This document shows, piece by piece, positions 28,662-38,905 of a stretch of 64,000 nt of DNA. The notes beneath the pieces were generated by a model. That model searched no databases and had not been told where the DNA came from. It was given only the letters and a program-made list of their open reading frames with translations. The number at the start of each line of letters is the position of its first letter. The stretch's first letter is position 1. The stretch is from IMG/VR virus record IMGVR_UViG_3300027985_000843, positions 307,740-371,739 of that record. One strand, given 5' to 3'. The position numbers and the translations under genes were made by a program.

Positions 28662-29021
28662 ATGAAATTATGCCAAAACCACTGGGATGAGCTGGTACAA
28701 GCCATCAAGGACAGGGGTCTATCCAAGCTCAACTCCACCACCTCCAAGGAAGCCATGCGTCGAATGGTCGACTCTGTGGGCGAGCAGGCCATTACGGCGA
28801 GCAACTTCGACCCCCTGATCAACGCCAACATGGCTATCTGGAGCAACTCCATCGAAGTCGTTGGCTTGGAAATCCTACAGCTTGAAGGCTGCCCCGTGTG
28901 CTTCCTGATCGAAAACTGCGGGTGCGGGAGCGACGACTGCGAATACCGCAAGTGGGTGGGGTACGCAGCCGATGACCAAGTGGTCGAAGCAAAGAAGCAC
29001 GGCTTCGTAGGCGACAGGTGA
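28662..29021 (+). CDS. Hypothetical protein (Cys-rich)
   Basis: Track ORF, GAGG SD. Confidence 0.7.
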   Translation: MKLCQNHWDELVQAIKDRGLSKLNSTTSKEAMRRMVDSVGEQAITASNFDPLINANMAIWSNSIEVVGLEILQLEGCPVCFLIENCGCGSDDCEYRKWVGYAADDQVVEAKKHGFVGDR

Positions 29022-29363
29022 CCTCTCCTTACCGAATTCCGGCCGGTCCCTCTCAGCCCGTCAGGAAGGTACATGAGAGGCCCGTCGAGGCCGCGAGGTA
29101 CCGAAACGCCTCCGAGATGTTTGAGTCGATTCTGGGGGCCGTACGGCGGCACGGTGGGCCGGTTTTGACTTGGACCGACTCTCGCCTGTGGGGACTGTTC
29201 TACGATATGCCCCACGCAAGGCTCAGATGGGCCATCGCTCCACACGACATGGCCCGCAGCTGTCCCGAACACCTCCGACCCTATCTCAAGACCGACGGGG
29301 GGTTAGCCCGCATCGCGGCTGCACTTTCATGCGGAACCGACCGCCCTGGTGTATAATGGGGGC

Positions 29364-29864
29364 ATGAACCGTCGAGACTTCTCGAAAGCCCTCGTGGCCG
29401 CCCCCGTCATCGCCACCACTTCCCAGACGGCCTTCGCCTTCATGGAGAAGCCTGTGAAGACGGCCCCGCCCGAGCCTCCTCTTGAGCCCCCTTCCAGCTG
29501 CACCATCATCGTCAATCCGAGAGATGGCAAATTCGCTACGGAATTTGAGATATGCGTCGAGCAGGCGTTCAAAAACTTGCAGCCGGAAGACGTCGACGGC
29601 CCAATCTACTTTGATCCCAGAACCATGTACAACAAGCCGTGGCTCATGGTTCCGGGGCTCAAGGACAACACCCTCACTACACCCCCGGATGTCATCTTCA
29701 GACAGCGTCGATTCGACATCATCGATCGAGCCGTGGACCTGCGCCTCTCCCAGTACGGCAAGGTCGTGGGCTTTCGCCCGACGGACATCAATGAGTGGCA
29801 TGCCCGCCGGAAGGCCGCCCGCCAGTTTCTGCTGCGTGTCCTCGTCACGTTCCGAATGAGGTAA
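29364..29864 (+). CDS. Protein with twin-arginine (Tat)-like signal peptide
   Basis: MNRRDFSKALVAAPVIATTSQTAFA; preceded by GGTG-TATAAT. Confidence 0.6.
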   Translation: MNRRDFSKALVAAPVIATTSQTAFAFMEKPVKTAPPEPPLEPPSSCTIIVNPRDGKFATEFEICVEQAFKNLQPEDVDGPIYFDPRTMYNKPWLMVPGLKDNTLTTPPDVIFRQRRFDIIDRAVDLRLSQYGKVVGFRPTDINEWHARRKAARQFLLRVLVTFRMR

Positions 29865-30196
29865 CCCGTGTTCTACGGACCAGTGCTCCCCGAATTCAGG
29901 CACATCAAGTGCGGGCAATACAAGAACCCGGTCAGGATGTTCAAAGACATCCTGGTGGCCGTCGTAGCGACCGAGGGCGAACATCCCGTCTTGTGTTGCG
30001 ACGACCCTACCAACAAGCTCATGGGCTTCACCACGTACGCGATTCGAGACGGCATGCAGTACGAGTGGAAGTGGTTCATCCACATCAATGACTTCGTTCG
30101 ATACTCCCGGTACAACGCGGAACTCTGCAAGAAGTTACTCAGCTGTGAAGACCGGGTTGAAATCGCCGCCACCCTCTCGAAAGGCCAGATGCCCTC

Positions 30197-30766
30197 ATGA
30201 GCGACAACCTCCGCACCGACCCTCTCATACAGCAGGCCGTCGAAGAGACGAACCGATGGTTTAATCACAAGCGGGCCCGTCTCATGGTCCACGGCACCGT
30301 AAAAGAGAAGGCCGACCTCCAACGGCTTATCGATGGTATGGGCCCTGATGAGAGGATGCGGTTCCTACGTGATGTCCAGTTCGTCAAGGACGCTCACCAG
30401 CGGAAGCTCCGCAAGCGGCCATACTGCAATGGTCTCGAAGGGCTCGACCCCGAGTGCAGGGAGCTTGCTGAGGCTCTCAACGATCAGCCGGGAGTCGTGA
30501 CCATCGGGTCTTGCTCCGGCCACGGGAAGCGGAACTTCTTCATCAGCTTCAAGATTGCGCCCGACATGAACGAAGACTATGCCTCCGACCTCGCTCGCCT
30601 CCTGTCTGGCCTAGAGGATGACCCCTCCTTCCGCCAAAGCTGGAGGATCGAGGCCAATTACACAAATGGTGTCTGGTTTGCTCTCCTTGGCCCCAAGGGA
30701 GCCTCGGGCGACGGCCTAGCCAAAACCCTCCGTCGACGAGATCAAGACGCTTCTGAGGGCACGTAG
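30197..30766 (+). CDS. Hypothetical protein with G..T..SC.GH motif
   Basis: PGVVTIGSCSGHG. Confidence 0.65.
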   Translation: MSDNLRTDPLIQQAVEETNRWFNHKRARLMVHGTVKEKADLQRLIDGMGPDERMRFLRDVQFVKDAHQRKLRKRPYCNGLEGLDPECRELAEALNDQPGVVTIGSCSGHGKRNFFISFKIAPDMNEDYASDLARLLSGLEDDPSFRQSWRIEANYTNGVWFALLGPKGASGDGLAKTLRRRDQDASEGT

Positions 30767-31172
30767 CGGTGTATGCTCCCATCCATGAGCAGGGAATTCA
30801 TCAACGGTCAGATCGCTGAGAAGGCAAAGATCGCATCTCAGCTCATCACTGAAGTTCTGGCCGAGATGCCAGACGAGTTCCTCGAAGACCACCAGAAGAA
30901 CCTCAGCGAGGGGTGCGGCTCCCTTCAGCTCATCCACCACCTCCTCCGGCAACAGGACAAGAAGTGAGCCAAGACCTGAACCTCGCGGTCGTTCGGAAAG
31001 CTGCTCCAGCCCTGCTGAAGGGCCTGCGCCTCGCCACGTCTTACGCAGCAACCGCCGACGAACGCCTGTATCTTCAAAGCCTCACCTGTCAAGTCCAGAC
31101 ATTCATCGACACGCCCGAACCGACGTACGCCAAAGTCACCGTGCTCGCTCGTGACGGAGTCCCGGAAAAGTA

Positions 31173-31772
31173 ATGCACTCGCGACCATCCCATTGCTTCG
31201 ACTGCGACAGCAACACCACCCTCTACTCCGTCCATGACCACGTGTGGCTCAAAGCGTGGCCCGACTACCAAGAGGACAAAGCTCGGGTCGTGACTCGCTA
31301 CGGGGAGTACATTGTGGACGCGTACGAGGGTACGAAGCGCCACCCAATGAACTGCCTGTGCCTCTGTTTCGATTGCCTGGAGAAGCGCCTGGGCCGCCCC
31401 CTCACCATCGACGACTTCGACGGCACCCGAGCCAATGACGGCATCCGGTTCGGCCACAGCCTCGCTCAAATCAATAGGGGACGCCCCCTGAAGGTCATTC
31501 CCCTGGAAGATCTGCCGAAGGCTGCCTACAAAATCCTGCTCCTGCACAACTGTGAGTTCGCTATCGACGAGGAACTGACCTTCCTCCAAGGCGACGAGGT
31601 CGACTCTCTCTGGTTCATCAACCACGACTACCCCGACGCCAAGATCGCCCAGCGATGGGATGGGGCCGAGTGGTGCGCCACGGACTACGACGTCCTGGTT
31701 CGGTCCCTGCCAAAGACTACGCTGGAACTGCGCCATCTACACCACCCACTCCTCGACGAGGCGGAGACATGA
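31173..31772 (+). CDS. Hypothetical Cys/His protein, paralog of 46423..46947
   Basis: HCFDCD...VHD.VW..AWPDYQE...HPMNCLCLC..CLEKRLGRPLT..DF. Confidence 0.8.
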   Translation: MHSRPSHCFDCDSNTTLYSVHDHVWLKAWPDYQEDKARVVTRYGEYIVDAYEGTKRHPMNCLCLCFDCLEKRLGRPLTIDDFDGTRANDGIRFGHSLAQINRGRPLKVIPLEDLPKAAYKILLLHNCEFAIDEELTFLQGDEVDSLWFINHDYPDAKIAQRWDGAEWCATDYDVLVRSLPKTTLELRHLHHPLLDEAET

Positions 31773-32245
31773 AAGCCCACTACATAGCCTTCCCTCGGTT
31801 CAACAGCATCACCAGCAAACGCCGAACCGTCATACACATTCCGTACCTCCAGGACCCCATTCTTCGGGCCCAGAACCCCAAGCCAGGCGATTGGATCCTT
31901 CCTTCTAACGCCGACGCTGACGTCAACGCCCGGAAGATCGGCCCCTTCATGCGGGTCACCACCTCCGAGGTCGGCTTGCTCACCGACTTCCTGAAGCGAC
32001 GCGACGAACTGGAACGGCTTGATACGACGCTTCCGAAGTATCTGGACTCATGGCGGAAGGCCCACGGCGATTACTACAACACCCCTGCTATCCGCCTCGA
32101 AGTCGAATACCCCGGCATGCCCACCGACGAAGAAACCGTCGAAGAGCTGTGCAAGCAACTGCACTTCGTGGATGCCATAAAGCTCCAAGAAGACGCGCGT
32201 GTCCTGAGGGAGATTGAGGCCGTCGTCGCAGGTGGGGCGCCATGA
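31769..32245 (+). CDS. Hypothetical protein
   Basis: GGAG SD, ATGA overlap. Confidence 0.65.
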   Translation: MKAHYIAFPRFNSITSKRRTVIHIPYLQDPILRAQNPKPGDWILPSNADADVNARKIGPFMRVTTSEVGLLTDFLKRRDELERLDTTLPKYLDSWRKAHGDYYNTPAIRLEVEYPGMPTDEETVEELCKQLHFVDAIKLQEDARVLREIEAVVAGGAP

Positions 32246-32495
32246 CAGCCTGCAAGCATTCGTGGGAACTGTACGGCAACCATCCGCCTGGTGAGGACCG
32301 GGAGCGCTTCTGGAAGTGCGTCTCGTGTGGCATCATCGGCTATCGGTGCGGGAGCAGGAGCACCCGCACGATCAAGTGCCACGTCAAGGGCTGCAACAAC
32401 CTCGCAGTCAACCGGATGTGGGGCCGGGACTACGCCGGCCGCCTCAAGTGGGTCTGCCAAAAGCATAGTGACAGCAACGATCTGGTGGTTACGCC

Positions 32496-32960
32496 TTGAA
32501 ACACGTTCAACAGCCGAGGGATTCTTCCTTGTGTGGGCACGCTGTGCTCGCCATGGTCTTAGGCTTGTCTCTCGACGAAGCTTGCGATCGTATGGGCCAC
32601 CGCCACGGCACCCGGACACGTGAGCTGGTCAAAGCCCTCGGGCCTGCTGCCCTCGACACCAGCCTCACCCGCATCTCCCGTCGCCACCCTATGCCCCACA
32701 CTTGTGTCCTCAAGGTTCGCTGGAACGGATCGCACCGATCGCACTTCGTCCTCAAGGTGGACTCCGACATCCACGACCCCGTTCTGACTGGTCCTGTGAC
32801 CCTCGAAGGCTGGTCGCAGGTGCTCAAGGAGTCCGGCCGGGTTACGAGTTTCTTGCCGGTTCGGCGCGTAACCGAGTGGGATATCTACTTCCAAAGTCTC
32901 GCAGACAAGGTCCGCACCAGGGCGGAAATCAAGGATCTCGTTGAATCTGTCCTACTATAG
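32496..32960 (+). CDS. C39-like cysteine peptidase
   Basis: VQQPRDSSLCGHAVLAMVLG...SHFVL...IHDP (Q/C/H/D). Confidence 0.7.
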   Translation: MKHVQQPRDSSLCGHAVLAMVLGLSLDEACDRMGHRHGTRTRELVKALGPAALDTSLTRISRRHPMPHTCVLKVRWNGSHRSHFVLKVDSDIHDPVLTGPVTLEGWSQVLKESGRVTSFLPVRRVTEWDIYFQSLADKVRTRAEIKDLVESVLL

Positions 32961-33509
32961 GTCCAACATGGCACGCAAACTCACATACTGCTCATTCGCC
33001 AACGAAACCAAGTGTCTTGGAGTCCTCATCTTGGAAGGCTCCCTGGACCCCGTGGAGGCGGCTAAAATCGCGCGTGCGAAGAATCTGACTCCGGAAGGTC
33101 GAGGGCAGCTCATAGCCATGCCCTGCACAGAGACGGATTCAGATGTGCCACCCAAGTTGTTCGAGGCCATGTGGGAGAATCGCGACAAGCTCCTCACTGG
33201 TTACGAGGCCCGAGAACTGTTCGACGCAAGGACCGTCGAGGAACTCGACGCGGAGTCAGACGATCTGGCCTAGCTGGTGTAAGATCCCCGTATGAGCGCA
33301 TACAGGGAACAGCCCTACAACGAACACGAAAAGGTCTGGGACGCTTTCATCTGCAAGCGGATAGGCCACAGAATCCAAGGTAACCGGTGCCTCCGGTGCG
33401 GGGCCGCCGGCATCATGCTCATTCGGCCTCACCGATTCCCCATGCTTGAAAGTGAGAGTGTCGCCGACGTCAGGGCCATCGAAGACGCCGCCACGTTCGA
33501 GAACCTCCC

Positions 33510-34130
33510 ATGAAAGTCGTCTGCCTGTCCGATACACACGGCTGCCACCGCCGAATCTACGTGCCCCCAGGGGATGTGCTCATTCACGCGGGGGACTTTA
33601 CCTGTTCGAACAGCTACGAGGATCTCATCGACCTTGACGAGTGGTTTGCCGACCTTCCCCACCCCTTCAAAATCCAGGTCGCCGGGAACCACGACCGTTG
33701 CTTCGAGAACCGCCCCTGGTGGTCCCTCAACAACCTCACGTCCGCCATCTACCTCCAGGACCAGGCTCACGTGATCGGCGGGGTCAAGTTCTACGGGTCC
33801 CCCTGGCAACCGCACTTCTGCGATTGGGCGTTCAACCTCGAACGAGGCCAGCCCTTGCGGGAGAAGTGGCAGCTCATCCCCGACGACGTGGACGTGCTCA
33901 TCACGCACACGCCTCCTGCGAACATGCTCGACACCAACTCGAAGAACAACCGGATGGGCTGCGAGGACCTGCGGGAAGCCGTTCGTCGAGTCCGCCCCAA
34001 GTTCCACGTCTTCGGCCACAATCACGAAGGCTACGGAACCGGTACGGACGGCACCACGACCTTCATCAACGCGTCCATCTGTACCGCCTTCTACAGCCCA
34101 ACCAACGATCCCATCGTCTTCGAGATATGA
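33510..34130 (+). CDS. Calcineurin-like metallophosphoesterase
   Basis: SDTHG, HAGDF, AGNHD, THTPP, FGHNHE. Confidence 0.92.
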   Translation: MKVVCLSDTHGCHRRIYVPPGDVLIHAGDFTCSNSYEDLIDLDEWFADLPHPFKIQVAGNHDRCFENRPWWSLNNLTSAIYLQDQAHVIGGVKFYGSPWQPHFCDWAFNLERGQPLREKWQLIPDDVDVLITHTPPANMLDTNSKNNRMGCEDLREAVRRVRPKFHVFGHNHEGYGTGTDGTTTFINASICTAFYSPTNDPIVFEI

Positions 34131-34395
34131 ACCTGCTGGTTGTCATCGTCCGCGAGGGCGTCGCTGAAGTGACCGAGTTCGAGGACGATGACACCGCCCG
34201 GACCTTCTTCGACGAACACGCCCAGCAGTGGACCGAGTCCTTTCTGTGCCGCGTGCTCGCCGGCCCAGGTCGGCCTGTCGACGCCACGGAAGCTCGCCTG
34301 AGACTGATGCAGGGTGTCTGGAATGCGGCCCTGGAAGAGGCCGCCAAGGCGGTAGACGAGGCCGATCGGCCGACCATCCTCGGGCTGAGGCGCGG

Positions 34396-34620
34396 TCAAC
34401 GAATCTCGCGCTGATAGCTCTCCAGGATGACGTAGATTTCAAGAGCCTCCAGAGCCACCTCCCACGTAGGGCGTTCATCCTCCGCTGCCTCCGCCAGGCA
34501 GATGGCATTGTGAACGTACGCCTTCACGTCTTCCTTGCAGCATCCCATACGAACTGCCGCATGAAGGCGGGCTCGGTACTCTTCTCTGTGAAGTTGAAGC
34601 TGCTGGGCATCGGTAGTCAT
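34396..34620 (-). CDS. Hypothetical protein
   Basis: Minus-strand class I promoter at 34626-34654. Confidence 0.7.
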   Translation of the reverse strand: MTTDAQQLQLHREEYRARLHAAVRMGCCKEDVKAYVHNAICLAEAAEDERPTWEVALEALEIYVILESYQREIR

Positions 34621-34678
34621 GCTCGTACTACGGTGGTCAGGGACCAAGGTTCGGACAAATCGGTGTATGGTCGAAGGT

Positions 34679-35107
34679 ATGGAAACCAAAAACCCGCTCG
34701 ATCCGCCCCTGTATGTAGTTTGCGACGCCAACGGCGAGTGCAAAGGGATCTTCACCGACGGAGACGAGGCCGGCAAGTGCGCCGATTACCATGGGGCCAA
34801 CGTCTCCGAGCACTTCTTCACTCTCAACCGATTCACCTCTCCAGACATGGTGCTGCTCCAACCTACGCGCGTCGACACTTCGATGGCTATCCGGGACGCT
34901 CTGCTCGAACACGTCCAGGCCGATATCCGCGAGCCCCCGAGCTGCATCCCAACCAACATCGTCAAGGAGAGCCACCCGCAATGGGACAACGGCGATATCG
35001 TGTCCGTCTGGGAAGCTCTCGTTGACAACCAGGTAGTCCACCAAATCACAAACGGCGAGGGCTGGTACGTCAACCCGAACCGACCTGTTTCCCCCTGGGC
35101 GCCATGA
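34679..35107 (+). CDS. Hypothetical protein
   Basis: Class II promoter back-to-back with a class I promoter. Confidence 0.7.
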   Translation: METKNPLDPPLYVVCDANGECKGIFTDGDEAGKCADYHGANVSEHFFTLNRFTSPDMVLLQPTRVDTSMAIRDALLEHVQADIREPPSCIPTNIVKESHPQWDNGDIVSVWEALVDNQVVHQITNGEGWYVNPNRPVSPWAP

Positions 35108-35775
35108 GCAACCTTCTACCCATCCTGCAAAGGGTCGAGCCGTACGGAGAGGGAGACAGGATCCCCTACCAAGTCCCGAACGATCCCGACGGCGGCGCTT
35201 TCATCATCGGTGAGGAGGGGGACAACATCCTGCATGTTCAGAAGCCCAAGACAGTCCTCATCCCTCGAATCGAGATTGCCGTCCCGACGGGAGCCCCCGA
35301 AGCTGTCCGGAAGAACCAGTATGGCCGGACCGTCAACAACTACATCGAGCAACTTCTATGGGCTGCCGTCCTCCAACGGACGATCACTCGACCGGACGGG
35401 ACCGACTTTCTGACCAGCGTCCCAGAAAGCCGGGTGCTCGTGGCCTTGCGTCTCCAGCTCAAGCCCTCGGACAACCTCATGTGGCTTCTTGCCAACACGC
35501 AACGCGCCCTTGATGCTGCCGCTCGGATCGCCACCGAGTTCCGGGCCTCGATGTCAGGCCCCATGGAAGTCATGCAGATCACCGGCACCCTTCGAGGTCG
35601 TTCCGACCCCAAACCCCGAGACATCATCATCGGTACCACCAACCCCGTCGGCTACTACCTCGAACCGAATCAGCCCTGCACGGTCAAGGGCGAATTGGAG
35701 CACGAAGTCCATGACGGACACGGCTGGCTCCTGTACCCAGGCAAGGTGGCGGCCATCGAACTCGTCTCGGTGTAA
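35104..35775 (+). CDS. Hypothetical protein
   Basis: ATGA overlap. Confidence 0.65.
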   Translation: MSNLLPILQRVEPYGEGDRIPYQVPNDPDGGAFIIGEEGDNILHVQKPKTVLIPRIEIAVPTGAPEAVRKNQYGRTVNNYIEQLLWAAVLQRTITRPDGTDFLTSVPESRVLVALRLQLKPSDNLMWLLANTQRALDAAARIATEFRASMSGPMEVMQITGTLRGRSDPKPRDIIIGTTNPVGYYLEPNQPCTVKGELEHEVHDGHGWLLYPGKVAAIELVSV

Positions 35776-36123
35776 AGTCTTCGCATGAACAAGGACCTCG
35801 AAGACCTTTTCAATCAGGACATCGACACCAATGACATCTTGGACGGTGTCGCCCGAAAAGTCCTATCCCTCCCGGGAGGGGCCCGCCTCGCTGCCGAGAC
35901 AGCGACCAACTATCTCAAGCAGGTGATGGCTGATGGCCCGGAAGACAGCACCACGATCACCCTGCCCCGCCGGACCATCAACCGCCTCGTCATTGTCCTC
36001 GAAGGTTTGGCCTTGTACGCCGACGACAGGCCGAAAGGCGAGGCGTAGAATCCAGTAGCACTGAATCTCCGGCTGACGGTCAGAAAATTCCGAACCCTTG
36101 TCCGTGCCTGACGTAGTACAGAC

Positions 36124-37545
36124 ATGGTCACAGAATCAGACCTCCTAATCCACGGGCTCTCGAAAGCTTCCAGCGAAGCCTACACGAAAAGCTGGAAAGA
36201 GTTCGAGACCTGGTGCCAGGCGAACGGCAGATCAGCCCTCCCGGCCTCTGTCGAGACCATGGTGGAGTTCATCAAGAGCCACGAAGAGAAGTGGTCCGCT
36301 TCCACCCTGAGCCGAGCTGCGGCCGCCATCGCCAAGATCCACGTCCTGTACGGGGCCAGGTCCCCTGTCCAAGACGAGGCCAAGTTCATCCTCAAGAGCT
36401 TGGAAGCACAGCAGGAGCCCAACAGCAAAAAGGCCCTCACGAAAGACGAGTTCGAGACACTAGTTAGGCACACGAGCGGGCAGTCCCTCAAAGACATGCG
36501 GGACAAGGCTATGCTCCTGTTGGGCGTCTACACGGGCATGCCCATCGATACCCTGGTGGCCCTGCAAACAGAGCACATTGTCGAAGACAACGGCCGTTGG
36601 ACCATCGAGGTCGACGACTACCGGGTCGACTTCGACTTTGCTGTTGAACCCATCCCAAGCTTGTCCGCTTGGCTGAACTTCGCGAACATCGAAAAAGGCT
36701 ACGTTTTCCGCAATGTTCGGAAGAATGATACGCTGGGAGAGGGCAGCATCGGCTCGCGCCAGGTCAACCGCCTGCTCAAGAACCTTGCCACCAAAGCGGG
36801 GCTCGACGCCAAGGGCATCTCCTACGATTCGCTTCGTCGGAGCTTCCAGAATTCGGTCGGGCAGAAGATCGCCGTGGTCGTCCAAAAAACGGTTCGGCCC
36901 CGGACCTCTCCCAGCCTCCAGCGAGCCCTCTCCGACCTGGTCGAAGTGAAGGCTCAGGAAAAGCAGCTCCTCCAGGACTGGGTCGAAGCCTCCGAACGTG
37001 CTGAGGCCCTAAGCAAAGAGCTGAACCTCGTCACGGCACAGCTCCAGCAGATCCGTCAGGCCACCCAGGCCCACACGGTCACTGCGGACAGCAGCACACA
37101 AGACCTTCTCCGGTCCCTACTCTCCGGCTCGAAAACCCCCGAGGAGTGCCTTCAGCTCCTCGCCACGGCCTATCCCGAACGGATTGTGGTGCTGCCCTCA
37201 GCCGTGGCCTCTGCCCAGAAGGCACGCGCCTTCCGCTTCACAGACAAGCTGTTGCAGCTCTTCGATAAGCTCGCAACCGTCTACTTCGAGGCCCTGGCCT
37301 CAGGGAAGGGAGATACCGGCGCATACGCCTACATGGGGTGGAGCTATGCCGCCAACGACAGCTTCGGAAGCGCGTCCGCCAAGAAGCGGCGGGTCTTCGA
37401 ATACAAGGGCCAAGACATCCTCATGGAGAAGCACCTGCGGATCGGTCAGAAGCCCTCCCCCTCCGAAACCATCCGCGTCCACTTCGAGTGGATCGCCCCC
37501 GAGAAAAAGATCGTCATCGGCTGGTGCGGCCGCCACCTGGAGTAA
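36124..37545 (+). CDS. Degenerate Cre-like tyrosine-recombinase fold fused to coiled coil and possible RelE-like C-terminal domain
   Basis: SAM-like N-terminus (W..F..WC...PAS.ET..FI...S.STL); RD.AMLLLG..TGMP (Arg to Pro); SYDSLRR (His to Asp); no C-terminal Tyr motif; C-terminus MEKHLRIG...TIRVHF.W...KIVIGWCGRHL. Confidence 0.7.
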   Translation: MVTESDLLIHGLSKASSEAYTKSWKEFETWCQANGRSALPASVETMVEFIKSHEEKWSASTLSRAAAAIAKIHVLYGARSPVQDEAKFILKSLEAQQEPNSKKALTKDEFETLVRHTSGQSLKDMRDKAMLLLGVYTGMPIDTLVALQTEHIVEDNGRWTIEVDDYRVDFDFAVEPIPSLSAWLNFANIEKGYVFRNVRKNDTLGEGSIGSRQVNRLLKNLATKAGLDAKGISYDSLRRSFQNSVGQKIAVVVQKTVRPRTSPSLQRALSDLVEVKAQEKQLLQDWVEASERAEALSKELNLVTAQLQQIRQATQAHTVTADSSTQDLLRSLLSGSKTPEECLQLLATAYPERIVVLPSAVASAQKARAFRFTDKLLQLFDKLATVYFEALASGKGDTGAYAYMGWSYAANDSFGSASAKKRRVFEYKGQDILMEKHLRIGQKPSPSETIRVHFEWIAPEKKIVIGWCGRHLE

Positions 37546-37549
37546 ATCC

Positions 37550-38137
37550 ATGTACAACGAATTCGACTCCCTTGTTGAACAACTCCGCGACATGCAGCGG
37601 AACTCGAAACTCACCCTGGCCGTCGATGTTGGCCGGCTCATAGTCGATAGGATCTTCGGCGGGGACTACAGCATCCTCAAGCAGAACGGACACGACCATG
37701 TGAGCTTCCGAAAGCTCGCGGCCCACCCCAAGCTGCCGTTCTCGAAGTCCACCCTGTGGCGGTATGTTGGCGTGAGCGAGCTGGCCCAGAACTTCCCCTG
37801 GGTCATGCAGGCCAACGCCCTGACCACCGCCCACCTCATTGCCGTGCTGGGACTCCCGACCTCCGAACAGAAGCGCTTTCTCCGGGACTCCCTGAAGAAC
37901 CGCTGGACAGCCAAGGATCTACGAAAGCAGATAGGGAAGCCCATCGTTCCCAGGGCCAACCCTGTGGACGTGTTCCTTCAGAAGCTCGAACGTGCCCAGT
38001 CCGAACTGCCCCAAGACATGACCGACCTCGACCGGCAGCGAGTGATGAAGGCGCTTCAGAACACAGGAGACTGGTGCTACCGAAGCCTCGCCTCCCTCTC
38101 TGTCCTCTCTGAACAGAAGCAAGCTGCCAACACCTGA
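37550..38137 (+). CDS. DUF1016 (YhcG) N-terminal-like helical protein
   Basis: VGRLI...FSKSTLWRY...LTTAHLIAVL...RWTAKDLRKQI; 4 nt after upstream stop. Confidence 0.55.
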   Translation: MYNEFDSLVEQLRDMQRNSKLTLAVDVGRLIVDRIFGGDYSILKQNGHDHVSFRKLAAHPKLPFSKSTLWRYVGVSELAQNFPWVMQANALTTAHLIAVLGLPTSEQKRFLRDSLKNRWTAKDLRKQIGKPIVPRANPVDVFLQKLERAQSELPQDMTDLDRQRVMKALQNTGDWCYRSLASLSVLSEQKQAANT

Positions 38138-38461
38138 CTGTGGTATAGTTCGGAGCCATCATGTTCTACGGAAGCCCCGCCATCAGCCTTTCAAGTACCC
38201 AACCTTGGAGGCTGCATGCACGTCAATCATCGACGGAAGAATCATCCCCCCTGCGTCTCTCACGTGTGGCCTAGCGCCAAAGAGGCTCGCAAGATGCTCC
38301 ATCGTGCCTGCCGACGTACCGAGAAGCTCCGACTCCGCTTGGGAAAACCCCAAGCCCACCTCACCTCCCGCAAGTGCCCCTGCTGCGGCTTCTACCAATT
38401 CCTGCTGTCCTAGCTCGGTGTATGATCCAGCCTCAACCTGGAACACACCTCAAGGAACATC

Positions 38462-38905
38462 ATGAACACCAGCGTAGAAAGCATCCGTGAAGCGGAAGAC
38501 CTTCGAATCCTCAAGGTCGTAGACAGTGAAGTCCCGGCAGAGGCACAGGCGCCCGAACCCGATCCCATCCGCAAGTTCTGGGCGCACGACCCACCCTCTG
38601 ACAACGGTGTCAAGGGACACCCGCGCACCCTCATTGCCTTCACCGTCAAGGACAACAACGTCACCTACGCCGCCGTCACTTGGAACCCCGTCGAGAAGTT
38701 CGACCGACACCATGCCATGCGCCGCGTCCTCGGCCGCCTCAACTGCCCCAAGCGACAGCGTAACATTCCCCTCGTCGCCAGCCTCGGTGCCCACAAGACC
38801 ATCCTCAAGGACATCCTCGCGCGAGATCTCCAGAACCGCCGCACCGACACCTACCGTTTCCGGGCCTGCAACTACACCCAGGGGCACCAGAAGTTCGCCG
38901 TATGA
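38462..38905 (+). CDS. Hypothetical protein
   Basis: AAGGA SD; class II motif upstream. Confidence 0.7.
   Translation: MNTSVESIREAEDLRILKVVDSEVPAEAQAPEPDPIRKFWAHDPPSDNGVKGHPRTLIAFTVKDNNVTYAAVTWNPVEKFDRHHAMRRVLGRLNCPKRQRNIPLVASLGAHKTILKDILARDLQNRRTDTYRFRACNYTQGHQKFAV

Noticed and set aside
30197-30766. TYW3 tRNA methyltransferase (T..SCSG)
   Set aside because: A single short motif; I could not support the rest of the fold.
36124-37545. Functional integrase marking a prophage boundary
   Set aside because: The catalytic Arg, His and Tyr positions are substituted or missing, and the same promoter motifs continue on both sides.
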